A stretch of DNA of 64,000 nucleotides from Marsupella aquatica. Taxonomy: Eukaryota; Plantae; Marchantiophyta. Positions 34,845 through 45,000 of the stretch are shown here, piece by piece. The position numbers were made by a program, and so were the translations under genes. The stretch's first letter is position 1. The number at the start of each line of letters is the position of its first letter. The stretch lies in the NCBI GenBank assembly GCA_973895155.1, contig OZ316891.1, positions 31,627,112 to 31,691,111 on the forward strand, given 5' to 3'. Under the pieces are notes generated by a model. The model was not told where the DNA came from and searched no databases. It was given only the letters and a program-made list of their open reading frames with translations.

Positions 34845-37800
34845 TGTGACACCGCCGGTACGGCAAGTAATGAGTAATTCGGTCTAAACCGTGCTTAGCA
34901 CGCGCGTTAGGGGTATCTTAGGCCGCTATGACTAGCATAACGACAGTATTTAGGTAGCCATTATGAGTAGGAAATCATTAGTCAATAAGGGGAATTCATG
35001 TTCGGGCTGGCGGCGCGTCGCCATTCGCACGCCCGGGTTACGAGCGTGGAGGGGCCCCTCCCTCGGGTCCGTATAACAAACTTTGGGAGGCGTCCACTGA
35101 CACGCGGTGACTCAGACCGGCGGAGTGGCCGGTACACTACAAGCATGAACGGTTCAGTCTATAGGCAACGAGGAGATGTCGGGGGATCGACAAGCCCTCA
35201 AGGTATAAACAGGGAGCCGACCCTTTGTAGTGCACCAGTCCATCAGTCCACGCGCCAACTTCGACCCCAGCTCTCTCATTCGCTCTTAGTCGCCACTACT
35301 ATCTCCTCTGAATATTGCACACGATCCTTTCCAATTCGGCCATTCAATTCTGGACGCAGTTCCTATCTACCGGAAGACACTTGGCCGACTCATTGAAACA
35401 CGCCAACCCGCGCCGATACAAAATTGAATGCGAGTACAAGAGAGCCATCCGCCTAGCAGGATGACACCACTACATCCTTAACTTTGACTACCCGTCTCAG
35501 AGCGAGCTTTACCGACCAACAGAGGTATCTGGGTACTTCTTCAACGGAGACAAATATATCGGTTTCTAGGAAGCATTGCTTCGGCTTCCGGACGAGGTCT
35601 TCAATATCCCGGGTACGATCGACTTGCAATGACATCACTTTGACCACATCCCTGCTCAGGTTCGGGCTATCATCAACAGCGAGTCCAGCACTACCCGTTC
35701 GACAAGGTTGTCTGCACTTGTTTCGGAGAACTTCTACCAGCACTTGTAGAGCTTCATGGGAACTAGACCCGCAACCGCCGGCGCCAACCCAGTCGACCCC
35801 ATACCCGTACCCGCACCAACGCAGACTCAGGCTCAGGCTCAGCTTCAGTCTTAGTCTCAGCTTCAGTCTCAGTCTCAGCCTAGCCAACCCCCACCACTGA
35901 TCGCCCCGCCAGCAGTACAAGTACGCTCCATCATCAACGCTGTGGACCTTAGCGATGACGACGAGGCTACCCCACCCTTGCTCAAGCGGCCCAGAGGAGC
36001 AAACACTCAGGGGGCCGACACTACATCGTCCCCTCCCCATGCTCGGACCCAAGGAGCGGCTCCAACAAACAACACGGTGACCATGGCCGCCCCGGGCCCA
36101 ATACTAACGGCGGTAGCACTACGTACCTATGCCCGATAGAGAGGATGGGGAGGTGTCACCCTCCCCGAGCCAGTCACGAGGGAAGACGAGGAAGGAACCC
36201 ACCACTGCATCCGGGTTACCATTGGCCACGGTAGCCGTGGCCAAGGTGACAATGCACCGCATGGGGGAAAACGTGCATAAGAACATCCTCCATCCCAAGC
36301 ATGCGGTGTACCTAAAGACTCAGGGATTCGAGCACCTCGCCTCTCTCCCCTGGAACACTTGCAGGTACTATGGGGAGGACATGACAGAATTCGTCAAGAA
36401 TTATGATGACGCACGTCAACATACTCGGCTGTGGGGAAGGAATATGTCCCTCACGGAAGAACGGCTCAAGATGATCTTCGGATTACCCGAAGGTGACCAT
36501 CGAGTCGAATCAGGGCTCCCGGGGGCAAGGGAGCCAAGTACCAATCCTCAAGTTTTCCCTCAGAGGGAGCAGTGGACAACGGGTTCATGATGAGGACCTG
36601 CCTCATCCCAGAGATAGCTGAGCAACTGGAGTTCCAAAGGTACGCCCTCCACATGATGGAACCCCGGGGGGAGATCTCCGCCGCCCAGGTTATCCAGGTC
36701 GAGAACTATCGACCTAGGAAATGGGCGTCGTACTTCGCTAAGAAATTCCATGAAGAGATGGAGCGGCGAAGGAAGACGCTGTACATTGGCGGGAAGGCGT
36801 ATTTTGCTAGCCACATTGAGATCATTCTTGAGTGGTACGCTCGGTTTGATCGACAAACCCTTCCCCGTGTCAACGTTACAAAGCTGGTCCCAGCTAGGTG
36901 GGTTTTCCTGGCCTTGGAGAGACGGCCCCAACCCGAGGCCCGAAGTCCAGCGGACACGCAAGCTTCACCCACCCCACCTCCACAAGTAGCAGAAGTCATA
37001 ACCGAGGAGGTACCGAATGGGTTGGTTATCGCAACTGTAGATGCGATCCAATAGGTCGGGCTAAGTATAGAAGTCGGTACAACGGAGGTCTTACTCGAGC
37101 CTGGGTCTCCCAAAGACCCACCGGTGGCTATTCCGGAGAACCGGACATTGCTGCAGGAGGACACTCCAGCCCCTTCCAACATTACGTCCCCAGGGCTGGA
37201 TGTCACTGCCCCGGCCCCTGCGCGTGTTGACGTCTGCCCGTGCCCAACTCCGGACAGGCACAACCTGGACCACCCGGAACTCTTCGTACCGGGTACATTT
37301 CTGAACGGGCTTCTGGGAGATTTCTCTCATCAAATTTCCCGGGATACCGGGGAGTTCATGGCCCGGAAGGTAGCCTATTTCTTCAATCAGGAGTTAGTTG
37401 CCGCAGTAAAGGTAGGTCGGGTCTAGTTAGAGGCCCTTCAGAGGATAGAGCGGTACCGGGTGGAGTCCGTATACTTAAAGAACAAAGTTGCGGCTCAAGA
37501 GGCTGAGCTTCTCCAACTACGACCCAAAGTTGCAGCCGCCGACGAGTTGTTAGCAAAGGCGCATGCCCTTACCGCCCTAGCCAAGCAGGCCAAAGCTGGG
37601 AACGAGGCCGAGATTGCACGACTCCGGAACCAGATTGACAATTTGAAGAATGAAACTGTCATCTGGCAGAAAGACCTGGAGGAGGCCAAAGAACGGGCCC
37701 AGTGGGACACTGCAGAGATAGCCACGCTACAGGCCGAAGTGGCGCGGCTCCAAACCAAAGCCAAGAAGCGGGACCAGCTAGCGGGCAAGCTGACGAGCGA

Positions 37801-38875
37801 CGCCCAGCAGCTGGAGGAGGCATGCCAGGAGGCAGCAGAGGAGACAGACGCGGCAAAGCGAGAGAACGAATCTCTGCTGGACTAGGTCCAGCTCCTCAAG
37901 GTGGACAACGACAGACTTTGTAAGCAGCGGGATGGCCGCTCCCACTCGGGCGGCTCTGGCAAGCGTGCCAGGCATTAGCGGCAGAGTAGGAATAGAATAG
38001 GGTTAGGAATAGCTAAGTCAGGCTATTGGGACAGGCACCTGCCTTAGTTATAGCAGCACTACCATGCTGTCTAGCTTGCGTAGATTAGGATCTTCTAATA
38101 AGACACAGCCATTTTTTGGCCTGATAGTCAGAGTAGTTAGGACCTAAGTCAGCGAATCTTTGGGCGGGAGGACACTCCATTCCTCGGCCCTTAGTGTTTA
38201 GTGCACCCCTCAGTAGAGGCAGGGGGGTTTTTAGTCTCAGAGTTGGATATCCGGGGTATGTGTGGGGAGTCCCAACCTCTGGGAGTGAAAGAGTACCAAG
38301 GGGAGGGGGTAGGACTAAGCTCGCCGGGCGAGTGCGGAGCCAGGCTCCGTTGTAGTATACTCCCTCGGCCTTGAACCTGTTCATTCTGGAGCTGTCGGGT
38401 CAACCAAGTGTACGCACATGTCCCCTATGTAGTAAAATCCTTTCCCATTATTTCCTTCGTGTAAATCAAGATTGTATGCTTGTGCGCGTGTATGTGTGTG
38501 TGAATCTCGTGTATAGGTGACAACGCCGGGCCGAACGCACTACCCGAGTCATGCACGGGGTGCAGCTTGCGGGTATGTGGTTGCGAGCACGGGTTGAGGA
38601 CCTGTATCATAGAACCCGGATCAAAGGCGGACAACACAAAGGCTTAGAAGTCCTTAAGCCGGGGTCGATCCTATTATCGACTTAGGTACATTCCGGTGGC
38701 GGAACACAAACCATACCTAGGAGATGTCCGTATCTAATAGTAGGCGCACTTAGCGCTAGTTTACGTGAATTAGGTGCATTACGTTCTTCCCTCCCTGCCC
38801 GAACCCTCATATTTACGAAGGAGGTGCCCGTTTAAAGCTGAAGCCCGAGTTAAGGCCAAGGCTGATGACGTGACA
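34845..38875 (+). mobile_element. 4031-bp TG..CA solo-LTR-like element, copy B
   Basis: 5-bp TSD CCATG at 34840-34844 and 38876-38880; collinear end to end with 17446-21443. Confidence 0.9.
35312..37978 (+). pseudogene. Decayed homolog of the 877-aa ORF
   Basis: ORF fragments match copy A. The start codon is ATG>ATA and there are multiple stops and frameshifts. Confidence 0.9.
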
Positions 38876-39427
38876 CCATGTCGGCCCAGCCCATTCAAAC
38901 CATTGAGATAATTACAGCCCGAGAGCTCTCATCGTAGCAGAGTTTATTGGCAACAAAGGGAAGCTAGTGGAGGACGGCCAACTTACTTTTGGAAGCGATT
39001 TCATTGTTTTTTTCACATCTGAGCACTTCGACGGGTCGCTGACATAGGTTTGGTTTGCACATGATGATCAAACTCTCAAAAATGATGGCTAGCATTCTTT
39101 CAATTCCTTAGCTGACTTTTTGATAGACCGTCGTATGTACCCCTATCTGTTCACGTGCTATTAACACGGGATTATCCGTCAGCTGCATTGGTTGGAGTAA
39201 TGCAACCTTCTAATTCCATTGTGTAATGCATGTAGGCCGAGCGGGCGGTTTGTTTGAAGCCAGCGGAGGAAATTTTACCCGTCATTGGTGATTGAATCCA
39301 ACCAACATCCATTTTCAATCCGTAGCAGTCCTGAGGTAATAATGTAGGTGTTGGCCCGATACGCTTGCTTATACTTTGAGTTTTCACCACAACTTTCCTC
39401 TGTACTAGCGTATTTTTGAATGCCGTC

Positions 39428-41925
39428 ATGGATGCCTCAACTGATAATCTAGAAGCTCCTAGAACTTCTACTCTTGAGCTAGGAGAAATGGAGATAGTTA
39501 CAGTCCCAGACCCTGTTCTCCCTCGTAGCAGCAGAGTCCGGTCCACTAGCAAACCAACCATGTATGCCTCCCAAGCTACAGATCGTGCTTCTCCCGACTC
39601 TCCAGCTCTTGTAGAGAGTATCAAAAGTGCAAAACCAAAGACTAAGGTGGAGCCGCCTCTAGAGCCATGGGATCCTAAAGATTATGTGAAGGACGCAGAG
39701 TATTTCCATGTCACATTTGGTCTTCCAAATGAAGGTGTTAATCCTCATAAGATCAAAGACATTTCCAAAGAGCAATTGGCCAAAGTGTTTGGAGAGAAAG
39801 ACAGGAATGGGTATAAGTTGAGTCTCTATGTGGGCCTCCCAATTGAGGAGGTTTTGCAGCTATCCCAAGTCGTGGATGGTTATGATGCACCAGTGAATGG
39901 ATTCTTGTCTTTCACTTTCATCAAAGGGGCATATGCAGAAAGGATCCAAAGGTGAAAGGTGGACTGGTGTGTGTATGCGGTGTCGAAGCTGAAGGGGCAA
40001 ATTGCCCAATGGGAGCGAGATGGCAAGGGTAAGCCAGATGGGCCTCCTTGCGTTAGGAGGTTGCGTCTGTATTCGCCACCAGTGCCTCAAGAATTTAGTG
40101 AAGATACTCAGAATCGGGTTAGGAAAAAGATTTGTATCAAGCATCAAGTTCCAGGGGACAAAGCTCATCAGGGGACAACCGATTTAGGAGCGGATTTTGG
40201 TAGCAAGGGAAGCGCACACGAGAGCGCACATCCCAAACCATTGGAGGCTGCCCTTTCTGCCCCCTCAACAACACTTCTCCCTACCAAGCCTATTTCTCCT
40301 GTTGTCCCTATAGTGCCAAGAAGTCTTTTGCTTGCTATTCTGGATGGGCAAATAGTCACGATCAAATGCAGTCTTAGAGACACCCATGAGAGCATCAGTA
40401 AGGTTCAGAAGACTGTGCAAGACTTGGAGGCAGCAAACGAGGATCATCCAAGACTCAGCTCTGGTCTGGTGGACCAACTTCAGAAACTACAGCAAGAATT
40501 GCAAGATGTGAGAATCAAAGTGAAGGCCGCAGACACCTTGTATGATGACATGTCAACGGAAATAGAGCTTGAGGAGCTCAAGGGAGAGCAAGATGAGGAG
40601 GTACAATGTCAGACCATATATATACCTGTCCTTGTGTCCATCAAACTATCTGTAGGTTGGATATATATGTTTAGTTGAGATGTTGGATTCAATTTAGCAG
40701 GACGAGGCATTGATGCATTGACGATGAGCTGCAAATAATGTTGTCATGTGCATATTTTTTTTGGGGTGGGCAGGAAAGCTATGTTGTTATCCTGCAACAA
40801 AAGTTGCAGGAGGGTAACAAGGCCATGGAGGCTTTGAAGGAATCTGAGTCATATATCCTAAAGGGGATGGCTACATTTGAGAAGCTCATTGAGACCAGGA
40901 AGAAGCGCTTTGAACAGTTACCACACAAGGTGGCTCGATTGAAAGTTGTGGAATCACAGTTGGAAGGACATGTGAAGCGTTTGGAGTTGGCTGCAGCAGC
41001 TCAAAAGGCCGAATTGTCCATTTTGGAGCCTGTGTTGTCCAATCCATGTCCAACATTGCAGCCTCGATTTGTTCCCACATCCACTACGATAGTGGGATTT
41101 AAAGTGTTTGTGAGTAATTGTCCAGTTTGTTGCCATGGGTATCATTGTTTCAATTGGGTTCCAGCAAGTTGTGGCCACGCCTATCATCCGCATTGTTTAT
41201 TTACCTTGTTGGGGGATAAAACAAGGACAAGTTGTTGCTTTGCTTGTGGGGAACCCTTTTGTGAAGATTGGATTCAAAGTTGGGGTCTTCCAAAGAGAGC
41301 GGTAGACAAGCTACCGTCAGGTGAAGGCTCCTATATTCAGGATTTGAAGGCAACATATGGGGCTAACAGTGCCCAATTGGGCACACATCGTCACCTTTTG
41401 CAACAGATGCAGTCCACGCAAGCAGTGGTATGTGTATAACCAGACTAGGCCTACAAGTCATGTTTAGGTAGTTGGACAGTTTGAGTTTTTAGTTGGGCCA
41501 TTAAGTGAATGTCGTCATTGTGTGTGCAGGAACAAGCCGAGGTCCAAGCAACTGTGTTGTTGAACAATGTGGACCACACTAGTGTGGTGCATGAACAGGG
41601 TGCCCTTGTGGATGAGTCTCCTGAATTGCCAGTGTTCAATTCCACAGCAGCCATCGGACTGCATGTGAGGAAGAAACAGAAGCAAGAGAGTGAAGTAGCT
41701 AGCAAGGTGACCAGTACCCCATTGACATCTCTTGAGCTTGGCACCTTGCCCTTCACTCCTGAGTCTCTCTCTCATGTTTCATTCAGGCAACTGTTGAGCC
41801 TTGTTCAAACTGAAGCAGGAGAAACATCTCCTCCACAGTCCAGGAGTGCAATCCAATCCCAAGTTGTTCCTCCCAAGTCATCAAACTCCAGGAAAAGATT
41901 GCAACTTCTTGTGAGAGACCCGTAG
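39428..41925 (+). pseudogene. Three-exon cargo gene: accessory-like N-terminal domain, coiled coil and RING-H2 finger; one premature stop (39953-39955)
   Basis: Phase-0 GT-AG introns at 40601-40773 and 41428-41529 join the ORFs in frame. CPVC..CGHAYHPHC..CFAC fits a RING-H2 pattern. Confidence 0.7.
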
Positions 41926-42074
41926 CAAAAGGAAGAAGGTTTTTCTCTGGGTGCTGTAAACTGAATAATATAGAAAATTGTCTTATGTGCAGCAACCTAA
42001 ATCAGGGCAGAAAACAAGAGCCACTACTGTGAACTAGTTGTAGAGATGGGTTTCCTACCTTGTGATGTTCTTTT

Positions 42075-45000
42075 TGTTGTAAACCCTAGTTTACCCCTTA
42101 ACCATAGGGCGAGAACCCTTAACCATAGTATGAGAACTCCTAACCATAGGACCAGTATAAGGGCATTTGCCTACCATGTAACCAAGGGGATATATATATC
42201 CCCTCATCAATAGTAATGAATCTATCTTGTTGGAGTATCTTTGAGTGTTCCTTTAGTTGTCTATTACAACACGTTATCAGCACGAGCCAGTCTCTAAAAA
42301 TCATTTTTTTTCAAGCAGATGCAATCGAGTTTTACACGAGGAGAATGCTCGTAAAGTGGCATTTTTTTTAGAAACTGCCATAACCGTTTTTTTTCTTGGT
42401 CTCCATTCTTTTGCCTCAGAGTTGAATTTTTTTTACAAAACACGAAATTTCACATAGAGCATCAATTCGGGACCAGCATATCGAGAGTCCAAAGGACTAA
42501 TACTTTATTGGCATGATTGAAAGCTCCCTCAGCTCCATATACAAGCTTCCAACCGGTCAATTGTACAATCGAGATACTTCACTCGATTCAATCTTCACCA
42601 AAGTTCTTAAATCAACTGACATCCCGAATAATGAATACAGTCGAAAAATTATTATGGCCAGCACTTAAAGTCGACGGATCCAACTATTTGACGTGGATCA
42701 CAGATGTCGAAACTTACTTTACATCACAAGACCTTGAAGACACCTTAGATACCGACATCGATGTCACGCTCAAACAAAAGGCTAAGGCAGCGTTTCTACT
42801 CAGGCAACATCTAACCCCTCAACTAAAGAATGAGTATATGAACGAAATTAATCCAAGAAAACTATGGGATCTCCTCAAAGCCCGATTTGATCATATGAGG
42901 GAGATATGGCTCCCAGAGGCAAGAAGGGATTGGCATAACCTGCGCGTCATGGACCACACCACAATTGCCAATTACAATAGCGCACTGTGCAGAATTACAT
43001 CTCAATTAGAAATGTGTGGACATCCAATAAATGACATAGATAGAATCGATAAGACACTATCGACATTCCCTGAATCTAATATCACATTAGGTACACAATA
43101 TAGGAACATGCGTTTCACTAAGTACTCAGATCTGATTGCTCACTTACTTGTGGAAGAGAAGCAACAGATCGTGGCCTTGCAAAACGCCAGAAAGCGCCCA
43201 GCAAGATCAGACCCCCCACCACATCGACCTGAAACCCACTACACCAATTATGAAGACAAACAACGAGGAAATTACCGGGGCGGACGAACTCAATTCAGAG
43301 GCGGAAGAAACCAATTCAGGGGCGGGAGAAATCAATTCAGAGGACAAGGCAAACCTTATAACCGACCCTCCGGATCCAATAACACGTGGCGCAGAGGCAC
43401 CATGAATAATAGAGGAAGAGGACGAAGCAACCAATACGACACTGCAAACAATTCCCAGAAAATGTGTTACCGATGTGGCAAAATTGGCCACATTAGAAAC
43501 GCATGTGCAGCCACAGAACAAGAGGCCCACAGATACATAAACGACAGAAATAAGTCCAGACAAAACCCCCAAGGACATTATATGGAGATAGAAGAAGAAT
43601 TGATTGCCTCTCAGAGAGAAGAAACACAAGAACAGATAGAAGTACATACCTCTCTTACTGACTGGAAATACCCGACATTAGACGACCCCGATACGGGCAT
43701 CATCGACAGCGGAACCTCACATACTATCTTAAAACACAGCAAGTATTTCGAGGCCATCACCCCATCATCCCGCGCTATCACCACCATAGCAGGACTTAAT
43801 CATATAGAAGAAGGCAAAGGACGAGCCACATTTATACTACCAGGAGGAACTAAAATCACCGTGAAGTCAGCAATTTATGCCCCGAAAGCAACCCGAAACC
43901 TCATCAGCTTCCAGGATATCAGATCCAATAACCTCCAACTGCGCACGAATACTCAGGGCAAAACAGAGACATTACAGATCATACAAGACATACAGGGTAA
44001 GCCATCCATTAAAGAAACATTTGCATTGATCCCCCCAGGCCTATACGCAACCAGTATCCAAACATTCCATATACACCAAGAATCAGAGGATATGACATAC
44101 ATCTGGCACTGTCGACTGGGCCACCCGGGTACCACTATGTACAACAGGATTATAAGGGACTCCAAAGGAATCCCCAAGACAGTCAAGCCAAAGGTAAAAA
44201 CAGCCTGCATAGCGTGCTCACAAGGAAAAATGACCATACGACCATCAATACCAAAAACAATATTTTCAATACCACAGTTCCTAGAGCAGATCAATGCAGA
44301 TATCTGCGGACCTATAGACCCCCCGAGCGGCCCTTTCAAATATTTCCTGGTAATCATCGACTCATCAACTAAATGGCTGCAGATTTCATTGCTATCTACC
44401 CGCAACTTGGCATTTGCGCGGATCTTAGCACATATTCTTAAATTAAGAGCACAGTTCCCAGAGTATCCTACAAGAAGATTAAGAGTAGATGGAGCTGGCG
44501 AGTTCACATCAAGAACATTCGACGACTTTTGCTGGGCAGCGGGCATCGATACTCAATATCCAGTTCCCCACGTTCATTTTCAGAACGGTATAGCTGAGTC
44601 GGTTATTAAGAGACTTCAAATGGTGGCAAGACCACTGTTAATGAAGTCAAACTTACCCACATCAGCATGGGGACATGCCATCCTTCACGCAGCTGCACTA
44701 ATCCAATATAGACCGTCAGCATATAACTCTAAGACACCATACCACCTGGCGTTCGGCATACCACCGGACCTGTCCCACCTACGCATTTTCGGATGCCAGG
44801 TAATGGTGCCTATCTTAGGACCAAAGAGAACAAAACTCGGACCCCAACGGAATGCAGGTATCTATGTTGGGTTTGACTCTACTTCGATCATTAGATACCT
44901 TGAACCGACTACGGCAGACCTGTTCAAGGCAAGACATCAGGACTGCCATTTTTATGAAGATCAATTCCCACAGCTCACGAATACAGCATCAACACAATCC

